A stretch of DNA of 64,000 bases from the NCBI GenBank assembly GCA_965221025.1, contig CBDCRJ010000001.1, positions 197,850-261,849 on the forward strand, written 5' to 3'. Below the pieces are notes generated by a model. That model was not told where the DNA came from. It made no database searches and saw nothing but the letters and a program-made list of their open reading frames with translations. The DNA comes from Dehalococcoidia bacterium (GTDB taxonomy: Bacteria; Chloroflexota; Dehalococcoidia; Lucifugimonadales; UBA3495). This document shows positions 1 to 9,629 of the stretch, piece after piece (the first letter of the stretch is position 1; each line of letters begins with the position of its first letter). The position numbers and the translations under genes were made by a program.

Positions 1-135
1 GCAGCATCTCCCGCTTTCTCGCCAGATGCCGATCCTTTGGTCGACATTGGGAGCGGTTACGATCTCCCGGACCCGTTCTATGGTCTGCCTGATGGTCTGC
101 CCAACGGTCTGGCTAACGGTCTGGTTGATGGTCAT
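1..135 (-). CDS. Hypothetical protein, N-terminal part (runs off the left edge)
   Basis: ATG at 135-133 overlaps the TGA of the radical-SAM gene (ATGA). Translation MTINQTVSQTVGQTIRQTIERVREIV... stays open to position 1. No family recognised. Confidence 0.35.
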   Translation of the reverse strand, partial: MTINQTVSQTVGQTIRQTIERVREIVTAPNVDQRIGIWRESGRCC

Positions 136-1112
136 TGGGTGGCTCCTATGGCGGAATATGGGTCGGGCTTGCGTCCCCTGGGGGCGTAATCCTCCCAGGA
201 GACGACTTCGTCGTACCTGCGGATGGCCCATCGTTGGAACGCCTTGAGCGTTTTGTTCCGGTTGTTGTAGACCATGGGGTACGGCTTACAGCCGGCCGAC
301 TTGAGGCGATGGAAGCGGTAGAGAATGTCTTCCATCGTCTCGTCGGGGCGGTAGCCGATGAGCATGTAGACCATGAGGTGTCGGGGCGGTATTCCGGCTT
401 CCCGGAGAATGTCCATGCCTTTGAAAAAGATCTTCTCCTGGCCGAGGTTGTCCCATGCGGTGTGAAGCCGGCGTACTTGGAACTGGTCGTCGTAGTAACG
501 GAGGGTGGAGAGTGCGTGGGCGATCTCCGGGGTGATGAGACGGATGTTGATACCCTGGTTGAAGTTGACTTGGAACCTGCCGTCCTGGATCTCTTGGATC
601 CTCGCTTTCCAATCGGTCTCCGGCTGCCCGAAGAAGTCGTTGTCCAGAAGGACGATGCACCTTCGGGTGTTGGGCCTCCAGATGTCGTGGATGGTGTTCA
701 ACGGTCTGGGCCGGCCCTCTTTCTGGGGTACGACGCAGAACCCGCAACTGAGGCGGCAGCCTCTCTGGGTGAAGCCGATGGAGAAGGGATAGTCGGGGTA
801 GATCGAGTAGTCGTAATTCTCGTAAACGTCGGTGTCGAGTGTGGCCTCCACAGTTTCGTCGGCGGGTCTTCCGCTGCCGGTGCCGCCGAGGATGGCCTCG
901 GGCCAAGTTCTCTGGAGTACCCGGGTCTCCGGTTGGGTCCATTGGAAAATGGCCGACCCGTAGACCCGGTCGTAGGAACCGTCGAAAAGGTCGGGCTGAG
1001 CGGTGCGGGATAGGATGACTTGGTCGCCTTGGCTCCGGTGCCAATGGGCGAGCTTCATGAGGGCTAGGTTCGGCAGCTTGCCGTCCAGGTGGGTGAGTCT
1101 GATTCTTGCCAT
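132..1112 (-). CDS. Radical SAM protein (phage-associated)
   Basis: CRLSCGFC matches the CxxxCxxC radical-SAM cluster motif. The N-terminus LPNLALMKLAHWHRSQGDQV resembles a B12-binding-like fold. I chose ATG 1112 (M75 of ORF 132..1334) because the upstream part is R/P/H-rich and overlaps the next gene. Confidence 0.8.
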   Translation of the reverse strand: MARIRLTHLDGKLPNLALMKLAHWHRSQGDQVILSRTAQPDLFDGSYDRVYGSAIFQWTQPETRVLQRTWPEAILGGTGSGRPADETVEATLDTDVYENYDYSIYPDYPFSIGFTQRGCRLSCGFCVVPQKEGRPRPLNTIHDIWRPNTRRCIVLLDNDFFGQPETDWKARIQEIQDGRFQVNFNQGINIRLITPEIAHALSTLRYYDDQFQVRRLHTAWDNLGQEKIFFKGMDILREAGIPPRHLMVYMLIGYRPDETMEDILYRFHRLKSAGCKPYPMVYNNRNKTLKAFQRWAIRRYDEVVSWEDYAPRGRKPDPYSAIGATQ

Positions 1113-1120
1113 GCGATTGC

Positions 1121-1414
1121 TCAGCGGGTCCTGGCGCCGGCCAGAATCCGGTAGATGGTGCGTTCGGTCAGTTGGAACTCGACGGCGGTCTCCCGGATGG
1201 TGAGCCCGTCCTGTTGGACGCGGGTCATGACGGCGGTGTCGTGAATTCCGCGTTTGTAGCGTCGGTACTCTGCGGGAGAGTCGTACTTGCACATGCTGAG
1301 GGGGCAGGTGAAGCAGGAGGACGAGATGTCGCATCCTGTGTCTTCGTACAAGGAGGTCCTGAGCGTATCCTGCTCTGCTGGCACGGTAGCCTGCTGATAG
1401 TTGCGCTTTCTCAT
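1121..1414 (-). CDS. Small Cys-rich protein with C-terminal HTH
   Basis: 97-aa ORF. Cys cluster CDISSSCFTCPLSMC, then GLTIRETAVEFQLTERTIYRIL, which is HTH-like. It overlaps the upstream gene's stop by 4 nt. Confidence 0.6.
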   Translation of the reverse strand: MRKRNYQQATVPAEQDTLRTSLYEDTGCDISSSCFTCPLSMCKYDSPAEYRRYKRGIHDTAVMTRVQQDGLTIRETAVEFQLTERTIYRILAGARTR

Positions 1415-1974
1415 GTCCGTCCTCGGCTGTTTTGGCTTTGGTTCTGTGTTTCTTTCTCCGTATTTCCGGTCGTTGTCAGGATGGTTGGTGGTGGTAGGGA
1501 GACTGTGTGGCAGTGGCCGATGGCGACGGCGTCTATGACGTTTTGGTCAGTATCGTCGACGTTCAGTTGGTGTCCGTAGAGGAGTCTGACGCCTAGCTTG
1601 ACGATCTCCTTGGAGCGGGCGCTGGCGTCCTTGGGGCGGACGGACGCCAGGACCCGGGACGGGTGGTGGTCGGTCCACTGCCACCTGCGGGGCCGCTGTC
1701 GGGCCCATTGGCGGAGGCGGCGGATGATGGTCTGGAGCTCGGGGGCGGGGCGTCGGCCCTCGATGGCGGCGGTCCGTTCGCAGGCGGCTTCCCGGATTTC
1801 GGGGTGGTGAACGGCCAGGTCCTCGAGCTGGGCTATGAGCTGAGCGATTCTGACCTCGGCCGGCTCTCGCGGGTCTGCCGTAAGGAGGTGGCAGGCGACG
1901 AGTTCGGGGCCGTCGAAGAGGGCGATTCCCATCAGGTGGGTGCCGGGGTCGATGGCGATGAGCCGGGCGGGCAT
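1411..1974 (-). CDS. RuvC-like Holliday junction resolvase
   Basis: Starts MPARLIAIDPGTHLMGIAL (catalytic Asp context). C-terminal DQNVIDAVAIGHCH matches the RuvC D.aDAlAia.cH motif. ATG 1974 overlaps the helicase stop (ATGA). Confidence 0.7.
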   Translation of the reverse strand: MPARLIAIDPGTHLMGIALFDGPELVACHLLTADPREPAEVRIAQLIAQLEDLAVHHPEIREAACERTAAIEGRRPAPELQTIIRRLRQWARQRPRRWQWTDHHPSRVLASVRPKDASARSKEIVKLGVRLLYGHQLNVDDTDQNVIDAVAIGHCHTVSLPPPTILTTTGNTEKETQNQSQNSRGRT

Positions 1975-3599
1975 CAGAGGTTTACCGGCCAGTCGTTGTC
2001 GGCGGCTTGGCAGATGATCAAACTTTCCCGGGCCCGGGTCATGGCGACGTAGAAGAGGCGGTGGACGGAGGCTTTGAGGTCGGCGTTCCCGGCCCATTCG
2101 CTCATACCGGCCTTGCTGAGGTCGGGGAAGAGGTACACGACGTCGGCCTCGGCGCCCTTGACGGAGTGGACGGTCCCCGGAGTGAGGAGGGGAGGATCCT
2201 TGAGCCGCTCGGGGCCGTGCTGGCGGACGACGGTGAGGGGGAATTCTGCGCCGGCTCGCTTGTCCTTTGCCAGGTGGTCTCGGTACCAGCTGAGGTCGCC
2301 GGCGAGGCCGGCTGAAATGGCTTCCTCGGTAAAATTGTCGTGGATGACGTCCCAGGAGAGGCCTTCTTCGTCGTCATCGAACAACTGCTTGACCCGGCTG
2401 CGGCCGCCCCTCTGGAGCACCTGCTCGGCTTGGAGGCCGGCGGTCCACTGGCGGGCGTCTTGGGCGGTCCACCAGCCTGTCTCGCTGAGGGCGAGCCAAG
2501 CTAGGAGCCGGTCGGCGGCGCTGACCGAGTTCTTGCGCTTCTGGAGCGGGTTCCACGCTCCGTTGGATCGCCGGTGTGGGTTGTGGAACGGGATGCCCTG
2601 CTTCCTAAGTGCTTGGACGAGCGGGGTGAGCATGTAGGCGCAGGTGGTGAGGAACATGACGCGTTTGCCTTGGGCCAGGTATTTCTCGGCGTCGGCGAGG
2701 GCTGGTTCGGGGTACTTGTAGGTGGCGGCGATGTGCCGGACCTCTCCCTCCTCGTCTCTGGGGTAGTACTCGACGGGTTCTCGGCCGTTGATTTGGTCGA
2801 TCCAACTGACGGCCCGCTGGTGGATTTGCCGGGGCACCCGGTAGCTCTGGGCCAGGACCCGGCGTTGTTCGGGAGCGATTTGGGGGGTGCTGAAAGCCCT
2901 GGGGTCGGAGCCGCGCCAGCGGTAGAGGCACTGGTCGGGATCGCCGACGATGACCAGGTAGCCGGCCGCCCGGCCCCACTTGCGGATGAGGGCCATCTCC
3001 AGGTAGTCGAGGTCTTGGGCCTCGTCGACGAACATGATGCTTGGGCTGTCGGGAGCTTCGGCGACAGTCTCGAGACAGACCTCGATGAGGTCCGTAAAAT
3101 CCATGATGCCTTGGTCTTGTTTCCACGCCGTCCAGGCGTCGGCGAAGTCCTTTAGGTCCGGCGGCATACGGTGTGTTTCCCGGCGGGCCCGGTGGATTTG
3201 GTGGCGTCCCATGAGGTCGTCGCCGGGTGATCCGCCGTGAGGGTCGAGGTTGTCCTCGTCGATGCTTCGGGTGCGTTCGCGGACGTTGAGCCGCCACTGA
3301 GGGTATTGCTCGTTCCATTCCTCGATCATGGCGGGGTCTTCGGCGATCTTCGGATGGCCCAGACTGCGGAAGCAGTGGGAGTGGAGTGTGCCGACGCTGT
3401 CGGTGGGAATCGGTACCTCCCGGCTTATGACTTCGGCGGCGGCGGTCTTGGTGAGAGAGCAGACCAAAACTTCGCGGCCCGAGGTCCAAGCGTGTTCGAC
3501 CTGGGCGCTGAGGTAGCTGGTCTTCCCGCAGCCCGGGGGTCCGAATATCCGGTATTCGTTTTCGGGTCCTTCGGTAATCACGGTGTGTCGGTCAGTCAA
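1974..3599 (-). CDS. UvrD/Rep-like superfamily 1 helicase
   Basis: Walker A FGPPGCGKTS, MFVDEAQDLD, QSYRVPRQI, VHSVKGAEADVVYL and YVAMTRARESLII motifs appear in canonical order. Confidence 0.85.
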   Translation of the reverse strand: MTDRHTVITEGPENEYRIFGPPGCGKTSYLSAQVEHAWTSGREVLVCSLTKTAAAEVISREVPIPTDSVGTLHSHCFRSLGHPKIAEDPAMIEEWNEQYPQWRLNVRERTRSIDEDNLDPHGGSPGDDLMGRHQIHRARRETHRMPPDLKDFADAWTAWKQDQGIMDFTDLIEVCLETVAEAPDSPSIMFVDEAQDLDYLEMALIRKWGRAAGYLVIVGDPDQCLYRWRGSDPRAFSTPQIAPEQRRVLAQSYRVPRQIHQRAVSWIDQINGREPVEYYPRDEEGEVRHIAATYKYPEPALADAEKYLAQGKRVMFLTTCAYMLTPLVQALRKQGIPFHNPHRRSNGAWNPLQKRKNSVSAADRLLAWLALSETGWWTAQDARQWTAGLQAEQVLQRGGRSRVKQLFDDDEEGLSWDVIHDNFTEEAISAGLAGDLSWYRDHLAKDKRAGAEFPLTVVRQHGPERLKDPPLLTPGTVHSVKGAEADVVYLFPDLSKAGMSEWAGNADLKASVHRLFYVAMTRARESLIICQAADNDWPVNL

Positions 3600-4246
3600 T
3601 CCAGCTGCTCCTGCCGGGGGCGCTCCGGTGCTGTTCGTGAAAGAATAGGCCCTTTAGTAATTGGGACTGTTTTGTCTTCTTCCCTCTGCTCGGATAAAAT
3701 CCGGCTGTTATAGGGGTGAATAGTCTGAATAGTTTCTCGGAGGGAGAAACTATTCACCTAAAAGTGGCTTTTCCAGATACGAAATAGGGGTAAATACGGG
3801 CAAGTGAATAGTGAATAGTCTCTTTTCAACTTTTTTTGTTTTCGTTGAATAAATTCCTTCCTATACATAAGGGAATATTCACCTGTCGTTTTTTGCGTCC
3901 GGTTTGCGAAGTGGCCGCAACTCCTCTGTCAATCCCTGTGATTTCTCCTTTCAGGGCTGATTTAGCTTTGAAAACCGGTTGCCGGGGCAAACCCCCGGCC
4001 ATGTTCAAGCAGTCATGTCGGCCCTCCGCAGGAGTCCGTGGGCGAATAGTCCTGAGGGTCGGAATAGACGCCTGAGTGCGATCTGAGGGGTCAAAACACC
4101 GGTTTGACCCCCGTCTGACCCCCATTTGGACACGCCTGAGTGGTGGTAAAGCGGTTTTTGCGGTGGTATTAGCCGGTTAAAGCAGTACTTTAGACCGGTT
4201 AAACGGTAGTCAGACCAGGTTTTTGGGCACTCAGGCGTTCGGGAAA
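3600..4246. promoter_or_regulatory. Iteron-rich non-coding block (candidate origin/operator region)
   Basis: GAATAGT occurs at 3718, 3727, 3806, 3813 and 4044, and inverted at 3749. A 13-bp perfect hairpin spans 3726-3756. ACGCCTGAGTG occurs at 4068 and 4132, and inverted at 4228. The region is locally AT-rich and only compositionally odd ORFs are present. Confidence 0.5.
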
Positions 4247-6067
4247 TCATTGGTCGAAACCGTCTGTTCCGGGGTTGTCGTCCGGGTTACGGCGGTGATT
4301 TGTGTTGGGGGTTGGACCGTCGCCGGAGGGCGTTTCTTCCGGACCGGAGAGTTCGGCGCCCCAACTGATGGGGAGCCGCCAGCAACCGCGGGTGGTGCGT
4401 CTGTCGGCGATCCACATGTTGACCGGTTCGGGATCGGCGAATAGGAGGCGCATCCGTATGCCGAGGGCCTGGGAGTTGAGTTTCTCCCCGGTGTTGATTT
4501 CGATCCATCGCCTGAAGGAGTCGGGGAATATGTAGACGTGGCCGTTTTTGACGAACGGTGCCTTGGTGGTGGGAGCGTGCTTGAGTTCCTCCTCGATCGA
4601 GGTGGTACTGAGATATTCTTCTAACCAGGCTGTGGTCTCCTGGCGGGGGCTGGAGGGTTCTCCGACACTCTCTTCCTCGCAGAGTTTCATGATCGCTTGG
4701 TAGCGTTTCTGCCAGACTCTTTCCTTGCACATGGGGATGACGATTCGGGTGGTGGTGGCGACGGCGTCGCGGAAGGTCTTCTGGTTGCTCAGCCGGTTGA
4801 CGTGGCCGATGGTGATCTCACCTTGAGGGGTCTCCATGCGGAATTGGGGCGGGTCTCCTTGATACATGACGACCCGGTTTATTTCGACGCCGAAGATTCT
4901 GGTGAGGCTGTCTCGGATGGTTTCCTTCTGGTCCGGACCGGTGCTGTCGGGGTGCTCCTCTTCCAGGGCCTGTTCGAGCCGTTCCTGGGCTTTCTGTTGT
5001 TCCAAGGGCTCTCGGGCCTTTGAGATGGTCTTACGGTAATAATCGACCCGGAGCTTCAGGTCGTGTTCATGGCGTCGGCGGCGGGCTATGAGAAGGTTGA
5101 CGATCTCTTGGTCGGTCCAATTGGCGGCGGCGGCGCTGCCGGCCATTGCCATGTCGTACCCGGAGGGGGAGGAGTCGTTCAGGTCGCGGCGGGTCTCGTC
5201 CCAGGACTTCTTGAACTTCGGATCGTTGGTGATGAGGGCGGTCAGCTTGGAGGCCGGAGGCTCGGCTTTGGGGTCTAGGACGAGTGAGCCGTCCTGTGCA
5301 TGGACCGGTTGTTGGTCGTCGGAACGGGGTTTGGTTCGAGAGGGCCTCTGCCGGTTGCGGTTTCTAGCCTCTTCGCGGCTCCGTTCTTGGGCGGCGGCGC
5401 CGAGTTCGTAGTACCGGTCGGGCATCCTGAGGATGAAGTCTGCTTTGGGGTAGCGTGGGCCGTCTTGGGCCAGGACGGTGACGGGGACGGGCTTCTGGGG
5501 GTCCTTGTGGTTGGTGGTGCCGGGCACTCTCATGAGGCGGCTGAGGTCGTGGGTGGAGTCGGTCTTCCAGCCGTTCTGCCGGAGGAATCCGGCGACTTGG
5601 TCGTGCCACCAGATGGTGAGGGCGTTGGCCTGATTCCGGTCGGTGTCGGGATCGTCGCCGAATATCCAAGGTGTGTCGAATAGCCACCAAGCCTGGAGTC
5701 CGTGGCCGGAGTTGACCAGGATGGTTGGCAGGTGAGGAAATTGAGCGAGGGTTGTCCGAGCTGTCTCGATGTCCGGAGGCAGCTCGGACTCCTTATGGAC
5801 TGGGTGGACGACGTCTATGTCGGCCCAGAGGCCGGGGATGCCGGCGGTCTCGTGGGCCTTGACCCGGTTTTTGGCCGGTATTCTGGCGCCGGGCGCACCC
5901 AGTCCGACCCCGGTATAGATCTCGCTGTCCGGGTAAGCGGTCAGGTCTTTGGTTACCCGGTGAAACCGGATGTAGAACACTGACCGCTTGTTTGGCGAGG
6001 TCCAGACCAGGACCTGACCCTCTGGGGGGTCGCCCCAGAGGGCGGTTAGGAACTCCTGCGGGTCCAT
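4247..6067 (-). CDS. Primase-polymerase (AEP superfamily) replication protein
   Basis: WADIDVV (DxD), SGHGLQAWWLF (sGxGxH-like) and MRVPGTTNHK motifs are typical of prim-pol domains. A long C-terminal extension has no recognised helicase motifs. Confidence 0.8.
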   Translation of the reverse strand: MDPQEFLTALWGDPPEGQVLVWTSPNKRSVFYIRFHRVTKDLTAYPDSEIYTGVGLGAPGARIPAKNRVKAHETAGIPGLWADIDVVHPVHKESELPPDIETARTTLAQFPHLPTILVNSGHGLQAWWLFDTPWIFGDDPDTDRNQANALTIWWHDQVAGFLRQNGWKTDSTHDLSRLMRVPGTTNHKDPQKPVPVTVLAQDGPRYPKADFILRMPDRYYELGAAAQERSREEARNRNRQRPSRTKPRSDDQQPVHAQDGSLVLDPKAEPPASKLTALITNDPKFKKSWDETRRDLNDSSPSGYDMAMAGSAAAANWTDQEIVNLLIARRRRHEHDLKLRVDYYRKTISKAREPLEQQKAQERLEQALEEEHPDSTGPDQKETIRDSLTRIFGVEINRVVMYQGDPPQFRMETPQGEITIGHVNRLSNQKTFRDAVATTTRIVIPMCKERVWQKRYQAIMKLCEEESVGEPSSPRQETTAWLEEYLSTTSIEEELKHAPTTKAPFVKNGHVYIFPDSFRRWIEINTGEKLNSQALGIRMRLLFADPEPVNMWIADRRTTRGCWRLPISWGAELSGPEETPSGDGPTPNTNHRRNPDDNPGTDGFDQ

Positions 6068-6077
6068 GCCGCCGGAC

Positions 6078-6833
6078 CTACTCGTCCTGTTGAAGGGCGA
6101 TGGCCTGGAGGCTGGGCATCAGGGCGTTCCGGTAGGCCTCGACGGCCTGCCGCTGGTCGTCCGGTACGATGGCCGAGGACTTGAGGACGATCCTGGAGTA
6201 GTCAAAGGGATTGGCCTCCACCTTTTCCAGGGTAAGCTGGGTGACGGTGTGGTAGAACTTGTTGGGCGGGTTGTGGCTGGCCAACCGCAGGAAGTGGTTT
6301 TTGACCTGCTGCAGGGAGGTACTGGGTACTTGGACTACCATGGGAAGGAGGTCGCTGGTCCGGAGGACGAACAGGATCTGCTTTTCCTTACAGGCCTTGC
6401 CGTTGCCGCGTTCGGCGGAGCCCCACTGGTTGAACGGGCAGGTGTGGCAGTCGCCTCCGGGGGTGCCGACGCCCTTGACGCCGTCGGGGCTGGCGCAATC
6501 GGGCGGGGCCTTGGAGCCGCTCTCGTCGAGGCTGGTTTCCCAGTAGGCGCGGGGGAAGGTCCGGTGGATGATGATCCCCTCGATGGTGTCCTGGTACTCG
6601 GATCCGTCGATGGTGGGGACCTCCCACTGGCGGGCGCCGCCGGCCGGGAGGACGACTCTTTCGAGGTCCCGGTCGGTGATACGTTCGCCGGCGAGGTTCT
6701 CCCGCATCACGTCGGCGAATTGCTCCCTTTCCTCAGGAGCGACGTTCAAGACGACGTAGTTGAACTCGTTGACGGGAGCCAGCGGGTTGTTCTCCTTGTT
6801 CTCGTTGTCTGGCTTGGACTTGGCCTTGGTCAT
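6078..6833 (-). CDS. Phage-associated hypothetical protein with Cys cluster
   Basis: 251-aa ORF of normal composition containing CASPDG...CHTCPFNQWG...GKACK. Family not recognised. Confidence 0.6.
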   Translation of the reverse strand: MTKAKSKPDNENKENNPLAPVNEFNYVVLNVAPEEREQFADVMRENLAGERITDRDLERVVLPAGGARQWEVPTIDGSEYQDTIEGIIIHRTFPRAYWETSLDESGSKAPPDCASPDGVKGVGTPGGDCHTCPFNQWGSAERGNGKACKEKQILFVLRTSDLLPMVVQVPSTSLQQVKNHFLRLASHNPPNKFYHTVTQLTLEKVEANPFDYSRIVLKSSAIVPDDQRQAVEAYRNALMPSLQAIALQQDE

Positions 6834-6914
6834 TTTGGTTTTCTCCTTGTTGCTAATTTTGGTTCGTTGCTCCTTGTGCCTTGTGCCTTGCTCCTTGTTC
6901 CTTGCTTCTGCTCC

Positions 6915-7364
6915 TTAGGTCCGGACCCGGATCCGGAACACTTCGGCTATGTTGATGTGGGGGATGAGCCCCTTGGGTATGGCGGTCCCGTTCTCGTCGA
7001 GCTCCCGGACGTAGGCCCGGAGGGACGATGAGTTGACCTGGTCCTTGACGAGGTACTTGAGGCCGGCCCTCTTGAGGGCGGTGTGGGCCTTCTTGTGAGA
7101 GCCGTCCTCGCCCATGACGAGGTTGGCGAAGAGCTCCCGGGACAGGTAGGCGAGGCCGCTCTTGGTCTTGACGTTCTGGAGGCCGTTCTCGGCGAAGTAT
7201 TCGGTGAGCCTCTGCTCCTCCTGTTCGAGTTGCGCTTTGATGTCCCGGAGCTTGGCCTCGAGGTCCCGTTTTTGCAGGTTCTTCTTGATGTAGTTATCGA
7301 TATCCTTGGTACCGATGCCCTTGACCTCGGTGGGCTGGGTCTTCTCTGCGGTGGCGGTGCTCAC
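6915..7364 (-). CDS. Coiled-coil phage protein
   Basis: GTG at 7364 lies 4 nt after AGGAGG and overlaps the SNF2 stop (GTGA). Heptad-like DIDNYIKKNLQKRDLEAKLRDIKAQLEQEEQRL. The part of ORF 6915..7652 upstream of this overlaps the SNF2 gene and looks non-coding. Confidence 0.6.
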   Translation of the reverse strand: MSTATAEKTQPTEVKGIGTKDIDNYIKKNLQKRDLEAKLRDIKAQLEQEEQRLTEYFAENGLQNVKTKSGLAYLSRELFANLVMGEDGSHKKAHTALKRAGLKYLVKDQVNSSSLRAYVRELDENGTAIPKGLIPHINIAEVFRIRVRT

Positions 7365-8854
7365 TTTTCCTCCTGAATATTTAAGGATTTTTCCCTGAGG
7401 ACTCGTTCGATGAGGTCCTCTTTCCGGTCGAGCGCCTTGACGACCAGTTCGTCGACGGTCCCGGTAGCGACCAGGTGGATGTACTGCACCGGCCCGGCCT
7501 GTCCGGGCCGGTGCAGTCTCGCCATGCTCTGAAGGTAGTCGCCTAGGCTGAACCCGGTGCTGTAGTAGACGCAGTAGCGGGCAAGAGTGAAGTCGAGCCC
7601 GATCCCGCCGGCTTGGATCTGGACGGCGAGGATGCCGCCGTTTTCCCGCCACTGGGTTAGTTGCTTGGTTTCACCGGAGAGCTCGTATACGGGACGGTCC
7701 TGACGTTTCGCGGCTTCGGCGATGGTGTTGAGGTCAGGCCGGAAGCGGGCGAACACGACCAAGGGTTCATCGGGGCCGAGATCATGGATGATGTCCTCGA
7801 GGGCTTGTCCCTTGTGGTCGTCGACCCTGACGATTGTTCCTTGCTGGTCGGGCGCATATCCGGAGGTGACCTGTTGGAGCCGCAGCAGCCGGGTGAGGGC
7901 GTTTTGGGCGGTGACGATTTTGCCGTTCTCTAGGTCGGCGTGGAGGGTCTTCTGCATCTGGAGGTAGATAGACTGAGCCTTGGGGCTGAGGGCGATGGGG
8001 TAATAGGACTTCATGGTTGGGGGGAGGTCGAGCACGTCCTTCGTCTCGACCCGAAAGGCTATGGAATAGAACTTTTGGTTGAGTTCGTCGAGGTTCTTGT
8101 AACCGATGATTCTCTTGACCGGTTCTTCCCGGCCGTCCTTGGTCTTTTGGCGGAGGCCGGTGTCTTCGATCTCGGCATACCGGTCGCGGAAGGATTGGTT
8201 GGAGGTACCGTAGACTCTCTTGTTGAGGGCCCGGTATTGGGCGTAGATGTCGAGAGGGGTGTTGGGCATGGGGGTACCGGTGAGGCCCAGGCGGCGGTTG
8301 ACCCGGTCGGAGAGCCGTGATACCCATCGAGAGGCCTGGCCTCGGGCGCTTTTGATCCGGTGGATCTCGTCGAGGACCAGGAGGTCCCAGGGTTGCCGGA
8401 TGAGCCAGGAGGCGAGGGGTTCCCGCCAGGCGGACTCGTAGTTGACGATCATGACTGCGGGGAAGGCGTTGCTCCGGCGCCAGGCTTGTTGCGCCTTCTT
8501 CAACTTGGCCTTGACGCTGGGAAGGGCGTCTCCGAGGGTGACCACTTGGGGGAGTTTGACTAGGTGGGTGCGGAGTTGGTCCGGCCAGACGTGGTCTACG
8601 ATGGAGAGGGGGGCCAGGATGAGAGTGCGCTGGCATTTGAGTTCGGCCATTAGGTTAATGGCCACGTAGGATTTACCCGTACCCATATCCATAGCCAGCA
8701 TGGCCCCGGGTTTGGGGCGGATGAAGTCCAGGGCGTCTTGCTGATGGGACCAGGGCGGAGTCCTGAGGTTCTTGGTTGTCGGGACGTCGGCTTGGGTGAT
8801 CATCTGTCTGTCTTTGATGGCTGATTTATCTGAAAGGAGTACGGATGTATTCAC
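7361..8854 (-). CDS. SNF2/RAD54-family helicase
   Basis: GTGKS, LVLDEIHRIKS (DEAH-type box), LTGTPMPN and QSMARLHRPGQ motifs. The listed start is GTG 8854; ATG 8803 is an alternative. Confidence 0.9.
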   Translation of the reverse strand: MNTSVLLSDKSAIKDRQMITQADVPTTKNLRTPPWSHQQDALDFIRPKPGAMLAMDMGTGKSYVAINLMAELKCQRTLILAPLSIVDHVWPDQLRTHLVKLPQVVTLGDALPSVKAKLKKAQQAWRRSNAFPAVMIVNYESAWREPLASWLIRQPWDLLVLDEIHRIKSARGQASRWVSRLSDRVNRRLGLTGTPMPNTPLDIYAQYRALNKRVYGTSNQSFRDRYAEIEDTGLRQKTKDGREEPVKRIIGYKNLDELNQKFYSIAFRVETKDVLDLPPTMKSYYPIALSPKAQSIYLQMQKTLHADLENGKIVTAQNALTRLLRLQQVTSGYAPDQQGTIVRVDDHKGQALEDIIHDLGPDEPLVVFARFRPDLNTIAEAAKRQDRPVYELSGETKQLTQWRENGGILAVQIQAGGIGLDFTLARYCVYYSTGFSLGDYLQSMARLHRPGQAGPVQYIHLVATGTVDELVVKALDRKEDLIERVLREKSLNIQEEK

Positions 8855-9056
8855 GGTGACCGGTCTGGTTCTTGGACCGGATGGTAGTGGGGCTGGTGGG
8901 CTCCCGAGGTGACCATCTTGATGAACCGGGTGAGTTTCCGGAGGGGGTCCCGGAGAGGGGGTATTGGACCTCTTTGGGAGGCTGGACGAGGTGGGCTCGG
9001 ACTTCGTCGAGCCACTGTTCGCATTCCTTGTTGGTCATGGCGTCGTCGTCAGGCAT
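8826..9056 (-). CDS. Small hypothetical protein
   Basis: 76-aa ORF in the operon orientation. The N-terminal half looks protein-like (MTNKECEQWLDEVRAHLV). No family recognised. Confidence 0.4.
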   Translation of the reverse strand: MPDDDAMTNKECEQWLDEVRAHLVQPPKEVQYPLSGTPSGNSPGSSRWSPREPTSPTTIRSKNQTGHREYIRTPFR

Positions 9057-9182
9057 TTGGGCGTCCTAGGTCTTGGACAAGCTGAACTTGGGTGTTGGGA
9101 TGGGCCGGGAATTGTCGGACGTTGGGCGGCGTCCGGTTGGAAGTGGTGACGGAATCGGTTAATATGTACATGAGGCGCCCTT

Positions 9183-9608
9183 CTACGCTCCTCCAGCTGG
9201 CTCGCCCGGTGGTAGTACGCCGGGCGGGCTCTTTTTTGTGTTTTTCCGGCGGCGGTTCGGGAACGCCGCCGCCGGGACATATGCTGTTGAGGCCCTAAGG
9301 CCTACGGTCGTTCTCTCTTCTGTACAGTCGGCCGGCGGGCTCTGGCCGGGATTTGGTTGTCGGGCCAGGTCTTCGGCTTCCAACTGTTGGATGGTGGGCA
9401 ATTGGGGCGGGCCGCCCCGCCTGCCTCTTTCGGACATACTGAGTTCTTTTGGGTCTAGGCTCTTCAGGTAGCTGGCGTTGCCTCCTTTCTTTGCTCTGGC
9501 GGTGACTGACTGGTTGACCGTGAGGCCGGAGCCTTTGCAATGGGGGCAGAGTGCAGTCGCTTCCTGCTGATAGCGCAGGCGAGCGGCTCTGCTTCCGGCT
9601 TCGGACAT
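9183..9608 (-). CDS. Hypothetical protein with CxxC knuckle
   Basis: 141-aa ORF with CPHCKGSG near the N-terminus. The C-terminal half is low-complexity P/G/R-rich, so the true extent is uncertain. Confidence 0.35.
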   Translation of the reverse strand: MSEAGSRAARLRYQQEATALCPHCKGSGLTVNQSVTARAKKGGNASYLKSLDPKELSMSERGRRGGPPQLPTIQQLEAEDLARQPNPGQSPPADCTEERTTVGLRASTAYVPAAAFPNRRRKNTKKSPPGVLPPGEPAGGA

Positions 9609-9629
9609 GAGTCGAGGACCGGCGGCGGT

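Noticed and set aside
6066-7031. 321-aa plus-strand ORF opposite the phage genes; similar antisense ORFs at 135-1013 and 50504-51223/51602-52174.
   Set aside because: They are G/V/L/D-rich antisense translations of well-supported minus-strand genes.
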